In this document: positions 1 through 10,500 of the stretch, one piece after another
Position numbering within the stretch: position 1 is the first letter of the stretch
Layout of the letters: each line of letters starts with the position of its first letter
Assembly: GCA_040752695.1 (NCBI GenBank)
Contig: JBFMGO010000042.1
Coordinates: forward strand, 1 to 41,093
Length of the DNA stretch: 41,093 bases
Reading direction: 5' to 3'
Source of the DNA: a bacterium
GTDB taxonomy: Bacteria; SZUA-182; DTGQ01
Notes under the pieces: model-generated
What the model saw: the letters and a program-made list of their open reading frames with translations, nothing else
Database searches by the model: none
Told to the model about the DNA's origin: nothing
Position numbers and translations under genes: made by a program

Positions 1-350
1 TCCCTCAAAAAATTGTTCCCCTCAATAAAACAATAAGTTTCAACTACTGTAAAACCAAAAACCTATCCTGATTTCATCACCAAAATTTTTCGAAAATGTG
101 TAGCGATGTTTTTACTATCAGTACGATAAGTCCATAACCGACATTGAGCAGATCTGCTGAACAAAAAATGAATTACCTTTAAGCAGTGCCCTTCTGTCGG
201 GGACTTCTAACTGTCGTATGGCATCAATCGAACGTTGAGTAGATTCAACGTGTGACACGCTCTATCCAATGTCAGGAGTCGGTCCCTTTACAAATGCCAT
301 TAGCATCTTGTGGATCAAATTTTCTTATAAAAAGTATAAAATAGATCAAA

Positions 351-440
351 CTAGTAACTAATTAATTAATTAATTATTTATTTATTTATTTATTTATTTA
401 ATTATCTATTTATTTATTTAAATAATTAATGAATTAAGTA
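351..440. repeat. AT-rich tetranucleotide microsatellite, (TAAT)n grading into (TATT)n
   Basis: Read directly: taattaattaattaattatttatttatttatttatttattta...; lies ~200 bp upstream of the 641 start. Confidence 0.9.
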
Positions 441-640
441 CTCGCTTAAACAATTAGGTAAATTTAAATTGCAGTTCCTTGCCTGTCACTGGGAAAAATG
501 GTTGCTGCTGTCCTCTTTCATCATCTGAACGCAAAAAGGAGGGCTCATACAAAAAAACATATAATACAAAAAAATCTATAAATCATCAATACCGCTGGCG
601 AAACAACAGGATATATCACAAACAACAAAAGGAGAATGAA

Positions 641-1114
641 ATGGCACGAAAAAGGTTAAATAGATGGTTCACGATAGGGGCTGTGATATTTTTCCTCGCT
701 GTCGGCAGTAGACCTGTCTATGCTGAGGATAACAACCCTTCTCCGTTGTTTGAAGAATCGTTGGAGGCAACACTTAAAGAATTTGCCCTCGGGACCAGGA
801 GAATTCAAAGCAGATCAGAAATCCGCAGAGACACTTCAAAGATGTATTCGGGATCCAGAACGAATGCCTTTTTTAGACCGACCTTTATGAGTTCAACTAC
901 CTGCTATAGATCCGTTACCTGCAGAGGCGCACGATGTGTCTGCATGCCTCGACTGCCTACGCTGGTTGGAAACACCTGTAGTGTTACTTGTGGGGTTCGC
1001 TCGACCTGCGCCGGTATTATTTGCCGGTATATATCACCTTGTGCCAAGGCAGATAGCCCTTCCCGTTATCTGGTGAACAATAATAAAGAACCATATTCTT
1101 TAAATGTCTTTTAA
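641..1114 (+). CDS. Exported small protein (157 aa) with Thr-Cys-repeat, Cys-rich C-terminal region; precursor-like
   Basis: AAGGAG RBS at 629-634, ATG at 641; Sec-type signal MARKRLNRWFTIGAVIFFLAVGSRPVYA; 9 Cys in ~50 aa, five as TC dyads; the ORF track's 479 start is a TTG followed by low-complexity AT-rich sequence. Confidence 0.8.
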   Translation: MARKRLNRWFTIGAVIFFLAVGSRPVYAEDNNPSPLFEESLEATLKEFALGTRRIQSRSEIRRDTSKMYSGSRTNAFFRPTFMSSTTCYRSVTCRGARCVCMPRLPTLVGNTCSVTCGVRSTCAGIICRYISPCAKADSPSRYLVNNNKEPYSLNVF

Positions 1115-1130
1115 TAAACATAATATGGCT

Positions 1131-1161
1131 GAATCTCCCCCTTAATAAAAGGGGGAGATTC
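1131..1161 (+). terminator. Perfect 13-bp stem hairpin after the Cys-rich gene (mRNA stabiliser, leaky terminator or REP-like)
   Basis: gaatctccccctt-aataa-aagggggagattc; no U-tract follows. Confidence 0.65.
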
Positions 1162-1266
1162 GTCGGGTTTCCAGCTTCTTGACCCTATCCCCATTCAGGA
1201 ATCAGGAATAATGTTGAAGTGGGGTATATTCCCTGATAGAAATCCTTTCCTTCCAATAAAAAAGAT

Positions 1267-3975
1267 ATGTCACTGATAGATCGATTTCAACCACGGGCTC
1301 TTGGAGCCGCGAAAATATCAAAATCTTCTTCGAGCAGGGTATCTTTGAGCAGGGTAATTATATTCCTTGCCTTATTGAATATCAATCTTGGCAACCTGTT
1401 TTATTTTGGAGATTCGGCGAATAGAATCACCTCCTTCTTTTTGGGTATCCTTCTGCTTACCTGCTTCCTGAAGGAAAACGGTCTGGGAACAAAAAGAACG
1501 GCCTTTCGAGGTTACCTCCCGGCTGTGGTAAGTTGTACCTGTTTGCTGCTCTGCTTCATTTCTCAAGAGGCAGGACTCGTCGGGTTAGTAATTGCTCTGG
1601 GATGTATGCTCGTTTTAGGTTTGAAAGATACCGACAGGGACCAAATTTCCGTTTTTCTCACTACCACCGGGTTCATTGTCCTCTTTGATTATGGTTATGG
1701 GCATGACACCCGGGTCTGGTACGGAGTAAAGAAGATAAACCACCTGCTCATGACCTTCATCGGAATATTCACGAGAGAAAAGATGGCATTCGGGCCTCAT
1801 CCTTCCGGATTTTTTATCCTGTTAACCATAGTTGTTTACTCCTTCGCCTTTATCCTCTGCAACAGAGGAAAAAAAAGAAAGGCTTTTAGCATTATTGCCG
1901 GTTTTTGCGTTTTTTTATTTTTCGTTTTTATGAGTCAGGCACTTTACTTATTTCTCCAACAGAGGATTTTCTCGCGCATCCAGGTAAATATTTATCAAAC
2001 CCAATTAAAACTCACTCCTTTCGGAACGCACTGGGTTGCGTTTATTCTCTTTTTAATTCCGCTTTATCTTGAGTATAAAGGCTTTTTCCCCTTACTGTCA
2101 GCTCATCAGTTCTTCATCGAAGAAACTGAAAATCAAAGCCTCGGCCTCGGCCAAGACCAATACCAAGATCAAGATCAAAGACAAAACTACAGCCACAGCC
2201 AAAACTACAGTAAAAACCAAAACCAGGATCAAAACCAAGACCAGGATCAAAGCCGGGATCAAAACCAAAATAGAAAAGAAAATAAATCCTGCCTTGCACC
2301 GAGCTTTTTGCCAGCTAAACGACAAGGAGGGATTCAAAATTATCTCATCTGGTCCATGGCAATTGCTCTTTGTTTTATTTTGCTGATTACCTGGCAAAGA
2401 AGAAAAAGTATTCCACTTTCATCCTCTCATTGTGACAGAGCCATTCTCATCTATGATAATCTGGATTGGTCTAAACCTGTCTTCGGATTTTATGGGGAAA
2501 CCAGCGGTGGAATGTTTGGCAATCTCCCTGATTTTTTAAGCTCCTTAGGCTATAGGGTTCAGGTTGCCAGCAGGATCACTGAAGAGAAGCTTCGATCGGT
2601 CGGCTGTCTGGTTTTGATAAATCTTGCCGAAAAACTCGATAAACCGGCCCAAGCTGCTATCCGCCGCTATGTAGAGAAAGGCGGAAGTCTTCTGATCATG
2701 GGAGATCATACCGGTTTTGGCTTTATCCGTGAACCATTTAACGAGCTTCTCGAACCCGTGCACATATCTTTCCAGTTTGACAGTGCCTGTTCCCTGGTTC
2801 CTTCCTGGCAAAATTGTATGGAAATAAGGCATCATCCGATCACCGCTCACGCCTGCACTGAGAATGATGTGCAAATCTGGACCGGCGCCTCATTAAAAGT
2901 AGGGTATCCTGCCGTTCCCATTATAGTCGGAAAGAGAGCTTTCTCGGATGCCGGCAATCTGGATAACAAGGAGAACGGCTACCTGGGAGATCTTCTCTAC
3001 CAGCAGTCTGAGTGGCTGGGGGATATTGTCCTGGCGGCAGAGGGAAGGTTAGGGAAAGGGAAAGTTCTCGTGTTCGGTGATACTTCCAGCGTACAAAATG
3101 GAGCCCTGCCCTACAGCCACCAATTCGTGCAAGATATCTTTCATTGGCTAATGGAAGAAAAAAAAGGTACAGTTCAGCAGCGATTCAGGTTTCTTTCCTT
3201 CTTTCTGTGGGCCTTATTGTTGCTTTCGGTGGCTGCCGTATGGGCAAGCGCTCCGTTTACAGGTGTACTTTGCCTGGTTTTAGGCTTGTATTTTGCCCAA
3301 TTGCCGGGCTATTACCCTCTCCTGCCGGGTCCCGCGCCTGGCTGTGGGGAGATCCGAAGCGTGGCCGGCATGGATAATTCTGTGGCCTGCATTGATAATT
3401 CTCATGGCGAGTCTTTCGATACTACCGGCTGGCATAAAAATTCTATCGATGGTTTACTCTATAATTTGATACGAAACGATTACATGCCTTTTATTATCAA
3501 AACCTTAGATTCTCCATCTATAAATACCGCCGGTATGTTGGTTTTTGTCAATCCTACCAAGACATTCTCGAAAGAAGAAAAAGAAAGACTGCATCATTTT
3601 CTTAAACAGGGAGGCATTATTCTTTGGACTACTGACTGGCCAATGCGCGAAGCCAGCCTGTCCTTTTTAGCTGACTTCGGATTGGCCTTCGTCAACCTTC
3701 CCTTGGGGCCGGTCAAAGGAAAATTGCGGAATTATGAAGTTCAATTTAGTAATGCCTGGCCAATCTCGATTGAGGATTGGGCAGCAGGGGAAACCACAAC
3801 GTTTTTTCAAAAAAGCCGCTACCCCCTGGTGGTTTTCCGAAAATATGGCAGGGGTGGTATTCTTTTAATTTCAGATGCTTGCTTTTTACTCAATCACAAC
3901 CTGGAACATATCGATTTTTTTCAAGAAGGCAATATTTTATTTTTCCGGGACATACTAAATGAGGTTAAGTCTTAA
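1267..3975 (+). CDS. Polytopic membrane protein with two GATase-like/DUF4350 (GIFT-like) soluble domains; paralog of 3985..6600
   Basis: Many hydrophobic helices in the N-terminal ~380 aa; motifs YVEKGGSLLIMGDHT, GKGKVLVFGDTS, IDNSHGE, FLKQGG, GRGGILLISD; Q/N/D low-complexity insert. Confidence 0.75.
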   Translation: MSLIDRFQPRALGAAKISKSSSSRVSLSRVIIFLALLNINLGNLFYFGDSANRITSFFLGILLLTCFLKENGLGTKRTAFRGYLPAVVSCTCLLLCFISQEAGLVGLVIALGCMLVLGLKDTDRDQISVFLTTTGFIVLFDYGYGHDTRVWYGVKKINHLLMTFIGIFTREKMAFGPHPSGFFILLTIVVYSFAFILCNRGKKRKAFSIIAGFCVFLFFVFMSQALYLFLQQRIFSRIQVNIYQTQLKLTPFGTHWVAFILFLIPLYLEYKGFFPLLSAHQFFIEETENQSLGLGQDQYQDQDQRQNYSHSQNYSKNQNQDQNQDQDQSRDQNQNRKENKSCLAPSFLPAKRQGGIQNYLIWSMAIALCFILLITWQRRKSIPLSSSHCDRAILIYDNLDWSKPVFGFYGETSGGMFGNLPDFLSSLGYRVQVASRITEEKLRSVGCLVLINLAEKLDKPAQAAIRRYVEKGGSLLIMGDHTGFGFIREPFNELLEPVHISFQFDSACSLVPSWQNCMEIRHHPITAHACTENDVQIWTGASLKVGYPAVPIIVGKRAFSDAGNLDNKENGYLGDLLYQQSEWLGDIVLAAEGRLGKGKVLVFGDTSSVQNGALPYSHQFVQDIFHWLMEEKKGTVQQRFRFLSFFLWALLLLSVAAVWASAPFTGVLCLVLGLYFAQLPGYYPLLPGPAPGCGEIRSVAGMDNSVACIDNSHGESFDTTGWHKNSIDGLLYNLIRNDYMPFIIKTLDSPSINTAGMLVFVNPTKTFSKEEKERLHHFLKQGGIILWTTDWPMREASLSFLADFGLAFVNLPLGPVKGKLRNYEVQFSNAWPISIEDWAAGETTTFFQKSRYPLVVFRKYGRGGILLISDACFLLNHNLEHIDFFQEGNILFFRDILNEVKS

Positions 3976-3984
3976 AAAAATAAA

Positions 3985-6600
3985 ATGAATCTGCTCTGGT
4001 TTGTGTTATGGCTTCTTTCATCGAGTATGGTATTCTTATCCCCGGTTTATGTATCACCTTCAATTCCCTGGGGCTCCAGGATAATTGTGATCGCCGTTAT
4101 CCTCTGTTTTTGGGGGCTGCGTACCATAAAGCCCGAAAAAGCAAGTCCGGTTTTTACGCTTCATGAGCGCCTTTTTTATCGAAGCCTCTTTATCGTTTCA
4201 CTTGGCCTGATCATTATCTTACCCCGGTTTTATATCATTGCTCCGATTTTATGGTCCTCAGGGATACTCCTTCAGCCCGTACGAAAAAGATTCCCGGTAT
4301 TTTCTTCCCTGGCTGATGCTTTGTGGCTGTGTAGCCTGGTTTTGCTCTTTCAGGTGGCTGCCATGCCCCTGGTTTACTTTTTCGGAGCCAGATATCATCA
4401 GATTTCATTCCTGCATCCTTTGGTCTGTTCCCTTCTCAGGATCGCGGGTTTGCGAATAACCTCAAGTAACGGTTCTCTCTTCGTCCAGACCATAAGTACT
4501 ACTTCGAAAATTACCATTACACTCGAGCGATTGGGATTTTTCCCTTTTCTTCTCTATCTATTCGGTGGTCTGGCGCTTCTTTTTTTAACCAGCCACGGAT
4601 GGAAACGGATTACCCGGTTTATTCTCATCCTCACCGGCTATTGTACCTTCCGTTTTCTTCTCCTCCTTCTCATAAGTATTGAATGGAATAATCCGGTCGT
4701 ATTTTGGTCTTCCATAATCACCTCCCTGAGCTTTCTTCCCCTCCCCTTCCTGTTGACCGAACTTCTCCCTTTTTCCCCTTACTCTTCACCGGGAGATTTT
4801 TCAAATGAAAATATCCCGGAAAACAAAATTATCCACGCAAATGAAATCATCCACGCAAACAAAATCATTCACCTTGAATTTATCCCGAAGAGAGAAACTT
4901 TTCAATTCGGCGGCGCACTGTTTATCTGTATTGTCTCTATCATTTTCGCTCTTGGTTTCCATGACCCGGGGATGAGAAAACAGGGAAGGATCCTGATCGA
5001 CGAACAGCACAGCAACTGGGAATGGACGGATATCGAGTTTAACACTCAAATTTTTGGGAAAAAAACAGATTACAATTTTTACTGCATGAGTAAATACTTA
5101 AGCTATTTTTATTCAGTAAAAAGAAACCACCGACCTCTTACTCCCCATATCCTGGAAGATACTGATGTCCTGATTCTGAAAACACCCACGCAAGAGTATA
5201 CTGACGAGGAAAGAGAAGCTATCGTGAATTTTGTAGGCCGCGGCGGAGGGCTTTTCCTTATCGGCGATCATACCAATGTATTCGGTATGAGCACCTATCT
5301 CAATAAAATAGCCAGGAGATTCAACTTATGCTTTCGGTATGATGTCACCTATGACCTGCCTACGTATAACCTGTCCCTCTATCGAAAACCCGATCTCTTT
5401 GCCCATCCGGCAGTAGAACGGGTTCCGGTCTTTTTATTCGGTTCATCATGTACGCTTTCGATACCCCTGAAAGCAGATTCTGTTATCACAGGGTATGGCC
5501 TTCGGAATCATTATCTGGACTATTCACAAAAAAATTTTTTCCCCATTCCGGAAGAGGATTCTGATTATGAATTCGGGCTCTTTATCCAAAGTGCTGCTGT
5601 AACCTACAAGAAAGGGAGAGTCTTGGCCTTTACCGACAGCACATGCTTCTCCAATTTTTTCGTGTTTATTCCAGGCAAACCCGAATTGCTCCTCGGATCG
5701 GTTGAGTGGTTAAACCGGAAAAATAAGTTCGGTTTTATCAAGCTCATTTTTTTCTTCCTGGGTGTTGGGGGGCTGATCTATCTGCTCATTTCCTGGCAGA
5801 CGAAAAAGGAATACTTCCTGCCGGGGACGAAAAAAGAATATTTCCTGGGAATAGCGCTGTTATTCGGGCTTGCTGCGATCTTGACAGGAATTGTAGCCGT
5901 GCGTTTTATCAATCAAAAGAATTATGAACCTCCCGCAGCCCAAAAGGATTTTTTTCGCCTGGCCGTGGATTCTGAATACTCTTCGCTTTTCCTTCCCGTT
6001 ACCAGACTGGCTGAAACATCTGATAAAAGCTTTCTCACCTTTTTTGTCTGGTCACAGCGTCTGGGATTCGTACCCAATTTGGCACCAACTCTGAATTCAG
6101 CAATGACAACGGGAAATGCAGTTATCTTGATTGATCCTGCAAGAGATTTTCCCCCTGACCAAACAGCAGCCTTAAAAAATTACCTTCTCAAAGGGGGGGC
6201 GGTACTGCTCCTGGATACACCACAGAATCAACAGTCAAAGGCCAATCAAATCCTGCGGGAATTCGATATGACCATTGATTACCACAATTCCGTTAAGGGA
6301 GCGTTGTTTGACAATAATGCTCAACCTGTTGGAGAAATAGATCAGGCTCATAAAATTGAAGGAGGGGATTCTCTGCTGGCAGACCAGGGAGGCAATTCCG
6401 TTCTCTCCGTTAAAAAATTCGGAGCCGGACTTATCACGGTATTTACTGCATCTCATCTCTTTCGCGATGAGTCTATAGGATATACTAATTCAGTTCCCGA
6501 TGAATATCAACATTGGTTAAGCAAAATGGAATTCTGGCTGCTGAGCAGTCTGGCCAAAAAAACCTTCATCCCCTTTTCAGCTTACTCTTCCATGAAATAA
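3985..6600 (+). CDS. Polytopic membrane protein with exosortase-like N-terminal segment and two GATase-like/DUF4350 domains
   Basis: Starts 9 bp after the previous stop; ILIDEQHSNWE, FVGRGGGLFLIGDHTN, KGRVLAFTDST, YLLKGG; ITITLERLG...YCTFRF spacing resembles the exosortase C-x-G...N-x-x-R region. Confidence 0.72.
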   Translation: MNLLWFVLWLLSSSMVFLSPVYVSPSIPWGSRIIVIAVILCFWGLRTIKPEKASPVFTLHERLFYRSLFIVSLGLIIILPRFYIIAPILWSSGILLQPVRKRFPVFSSLADALWLCSLVLLFQVAAMPLVYFFGARYHQISFLHPLVCSLLRIAGLRITSSNGSLFVQTISTTSKITITLERLGFFPFLLYLFGGLALLFLTSHGWKRITRFILILTGYCTFRFLLLLLISIEWNNPVVFWSSIITSLSFLPLPFLLTELLPFSPYSSPGDFSNENIPENKIIHANEIIHANKIIHLEFIPKRETFQFGGALFICIVSIIFALGFHDPGMRKQGRILIDEQHSNWEWTDIEFNTQIFGKKTDYNFYCMSKYLSYFYSVKRNHRPLTPHILEDTDVLILKTPTQEYTDEEREAIVNFVGRGGGLFLIGDHTNVFGMSTYLNKIARRFNLCFRYDVTYDLPTYNLSLYRKPDLFAHPAVERVPVFLFGSSCTLSIPLKADSVITGYGLRNHYLDYSQKNFFPIPEEDSDYEFGLFIQSAAVTYKKGRVLAFTDSTCFSNFFVFIPGKPELLLGSVEWLNRKNKFGFIKLIFFFLGVGGLIYLLISWQTKKEYFLPGTKKEYFLGIALLFGLAAILTGIVAVRFINQKNYEPPAAQKDFFRLAVDSEYSSLFLPVTRLAETSDKSFLTFFVWSQRLGFVPNLAPTLNSAMTTGNAVILIDPARDFPPDQTAALKNYLLKGGAVLLLDTPQNQQSKANQILREFDMTIDYHNSVKGALFDNNAQPVGEIDQAHKIEGGDSLLADQGGNSVLSVKKFGAGLITVFTASHLFRDESIGYTNSVPDEYQHWLSKMEFWLLSSLAKKTFIPFSAYSSMK

Positions 6601-7040
6601 AGATAGCGAGTTTTCAATAACTTTGCCTCCAAACACAAGGCCAATCAGCGAAGATATTTTACCCTATGCTCTCGTGTTCTTAAGCAACTGATTGGCTCAT
6701 ACCATCCTTCATCTGAAACAAGGCAAAAGCCATCCGGTGAAACAAGGCCAAAAGTCATCCGGCTGCAATATTTACCATGGCTCGTACTGAGGCAATTGAA
6801 GATACCTTCCACCCGGCACCATTCCCAAGATATGCGACAGGCAGGAACCTTTCTCTGTATTAAAATTCTCCATATTATTTTCGATAAAAGATAAACCTTA
6901 TTTAAAATAAATAAAAAGTATCGTATCTATACGCCATATTTCCCAAAGTAATAATAATTGCCCGGAGGGGAAATGATCTTTTACTTTACCGATTTTGGTA
7001 GGGACCTATTACGATAAAAACGATAATAGTATGAACAAAA

Positions 7041-7165
7041 GGACGCTCATGTCTATCGAGGGTGTAAAATCGAGAAGGGTTTAAGGGGCTGGTATTTGAT
7101 CCCTTTATTTCTATTCATCGATAACCACTCTTTTGGCAAAACACGGAATCTGGACATGAGCGTTT
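7041..7165. mobile_element. Possible ~125-bp MITE/IS remnant bounded by inverted repeats
   Basis: acgctcatgtc (7043-7053) is the exact reverse complement of gacatgagcgt (7153-7163); no ORF inside and no clear target duplication. Confidence 0.35.
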
Positions 7166-7380
7166 GCCCCATATGCTTTTGGGCTTCTTTGGAATAAAGA
7201 CGATGATGTCAACATATCTCTGACAGCTTTTTACGTTCATAATGTTGCACATCCATCGTATGACTTTATACTTATTTTATTGAATTATAGTGTATTGTAA
7301 ATGAAATTTTTCGCATTTCCAATCAATCTCTAAAATAGTTGGTATTTTAATATAACAAATATAAATAGTTATACTGGCCT

Positions 7381-7432
7381 ATACATACACATATATATAT
7401 GTATATGTGTATGTATGTATGTATGTATGTAT
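7381..7432. repeat. (TA)n/(TATG)n microsatellite upstream of the giant fibre gene
   Basis: atacatacacatatatatatgtatatgtgtatgtatgtatgtatgtatgtat read directly. Confidence 0.9.
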
Positions 7433-7586
7433 CTTATCTATATTTCTATTCATTATGGTCTCGAGTGCAATGCAGCTAGATATAGGTCGGTCAAGTCCGT
7501 AATTAAAATACCAGGAATTATGAGCAGATCAATCAAGAAACCATACCAAACACACGATGATCTCACCTCAACTAAAGGAGATGGAA

Positions 7587-10500
7587 ATGCGCAAGTTACT
7601 CCCCCTGCTGTCTGTATTGCTTATCTGTGGTTTGCTCGTTCCCCACTTGTTTGCAGCCTCAGCAGCCTCGGCAGCCTCAGCACCCGCAACTATCAACTAT
7701 CAGGGATACTTGACCGACAGCAATGGAATACCGTTAGCTGACGGTAGGTATGGGATGAAATTTTCCCTTTACGATGTTCCCGAAGGTGGTACGGCAATCT
7801 GGGAGGAAATTTACCAGAGTGAACATGAGGTTTCGGTCGTATATGGCCGTTTCAGTGTTCGGCTCGGTTCACTCAATCCGTTTACAGAATACGGAGTGGA
7901 TTTTCAAAAGCAATATTACCTGGAGATTCAAGTCGGGGATGATGCACCCTATGCACCACGGCTTGTTTTCGATGCGGTACCCTATGCATTGATAGCGCAT
8001 GGAGTCGTCGATAAGGGAATAACCGAGGCAATGCTCGATCCTAATCTGAAGGCCATGCTCAGCAGCATAGATCCCCTAAACCCGCCAATTACGCCCTCCA
8101 CCAGGACAAAGATAACCTACGATGCCAAAGGACTGGTAGTGGGCGGGGCTGACCTTGAGGAAAGCGACATTCCTGCACTCTCCGCAGAAAAGATCACGCA
8201 CGGCACTTTCGATGAGAGCAGAATTCCTGGCCTTTCAGCATCGAAGATTACACAGGGAGAGTTGGATGCGGATCGAATTCCCTCTCTCGATCAGGGCAAG
8301 ATAGCTCATTTAACTGAAGATCTGGCAGGCAAAGTCACACAAAACCAGACAATTACGCCCTCCACCAGGACAAAGATAACCTATGATGCCAAAGGACTGG
8401 TAGTGGGGGGAGCCGATCTTGCGGAAAGCGACATTCCTGCACTGTCGGCGGAAAAGATCACCCAAGGCACTCTTGATGAGGGTCGAATACCGGACCTTCC
8501 GGCATCGAAACTATCAAGCGGTACGGTAATGCATGAGAGAGGTGGCCTGGAAGCGGATGTCTCCGGTTATGATGGATTGGTCAAGATATCTCAAGGCGCA
8601 ACGAGCCAGGTAAATACGGATGAGGCTACGCTTGAGATAACTGAAAATCTGCTGAAGGTCAAGGATGGCGGCATTACATCGGCAAAAATTGCAGACGGTG
8701 CCATTGAGACCCAGGATTTGAAAGATGGGTCTGTGACCAGCGCCAAGTTAAGCACGGCTGTAGTTTCGAGAAATTCTCATTATACCATCCAGGAAACGGA
8801 TGATATCGTACTGGTCGACAGCTCGGGCAGTGCGGTAGAAATAACCCTGCTCTCCGCATCAGGCATAAAGGGCCGGCAATACACGATCAAGCTGGCAAAG
8901 GCAGGCAATAACCTGACCATCACCCCGGATGGCGCCGAGACCATCGATGGCAAGGCAAGCAAAGTGATGAGCGCGGCGGGTCATGCGGTAACCCTGGTGA
9001 GTGATGGATCGAACTGGGTGTTGAAAGATGAGGGTGGCACAGAAACTGCCTTGGCAAATGATGCTGTGACATCGATGCATATTCAAGATGGATCGATCAG
9101 CGGTGCTGATTTGGCAGATGGTGCAATTACCGGTCAAAAAATTTCCAGCAGCGCCATAACCTCCTCTAAAATAGCCAATGGTACAATCATAGCCGAGAAT
9201 TTAGCCACCGATTCAGTCACAACCGCCAAGATCGCAGATAATGCAGTTACTACCTCAAAGATAGACGATAATGCCATTACCGCTTCCAAGATTATAGCCA
9301 ACGCCATTACCTCTGTAAATATTACTGATGGCACTGTTATGACTGATGACTTGGCCAGCAGTGCAGTAACCGCTGGTAAAATCGCCGACAGTGCCGTAAC
9401 CGCTGATAAAATCGCTGACGGTGCCGTATCATCGTCCAAGATAGCCGCAGATGCCATAACCTCTGCCAAAATCGCAGACGGAACGATAGTCACACAGAAT
9501 CTGGCTGATAATTCAGTAACTACAGCTAAAATAGCTCCTGATGCAGTAACCTCTGCCAAAATCGCAGACGGCAGCATTGCCGAAGCCGATCTGGCCGACA
9601 GCGCGGTTACGAGTGCTAAAGTTGCAGACAATGCGGTCACAACGGCCAAAGTAGCCGACAGTGCCGTAACTTCGGCCAAGATTGCCAATGGCGCAATTGC
9701 TACAGACAAGATAACCGACAGCGCGGTCACTTGGGCCAAAATCGCCGACAGCGCCGTGACTTCGGCTAAAATCGCTGATGGCGCAATTACGACAGATAAG
9801 ATATCCGACAGCGCGGCTACTTCAGCCAAAATCGCTGACCACGCTGTGACCACGGCAAAGATCCTGGATGGTGCAGTCACCAGCGCCAAGCTGAGCACAT
9901 CGGTAGTATCGAAGACTGCCGATTACACGGTCCTTCCAACAGACGATATCGTCCTGGTTGACACCTCATCCGGTGCAGTGTCCCTGACCCTGCCCACAGC
10001 CTCAGGCATTACAGGCAGGCAGTACACCATCAAGCTGGCCACGGCAGGCAATGATTTGACCATCACACCGAATGGCGCCGAGACCATTGATAGAAACGCG
10101 AGCAAGGTGATGAGCATGGCAGGCCATGTGGTGGTCCTGGTCAGTGACGGCACCAACTGGCAGACCAAGGCCGAGAGCGGCTCAGGGCTGGACATGGGTG
10201 ATAGTGCCATCACCTCGGCCAAGATTGCCGATGGTGCCATTACTGCGCAAGACCTGGCAGACGGCGCGGTCACTACAGCCAAAGTGGCAGACAGTGCGGT
10301 CACAACGGCCAAAGTAGCCGACAGTGCCGTAACTTCAGCCAAGATTGCTGATAATGCAATTACTACAACCAAAATTGCCGACAGTGCAGTGACTTCAGGA
10401 AAAATTTCTGACGGCACTATTGCTACAGCAGACCTGGCTGATGGATCAGTCACCACTCCCAAACTGACAGACAGTGCCGTAACAGAAGCCAAGATCGGTG

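Noticed and set aside
479..640. Longer N-terminus for the first ORF as given in the track
   Set aside because: TTG start followed by AT-rich low-complexity codons; the RBS and signal peptide both point to ATG 641.
6777..6855. Remnant of a REP-associated tyrosine transposase start (MAR...DRQEPF)
   Set aside because: Needs frameshifts over a very short stretch; similarity too weak to support.
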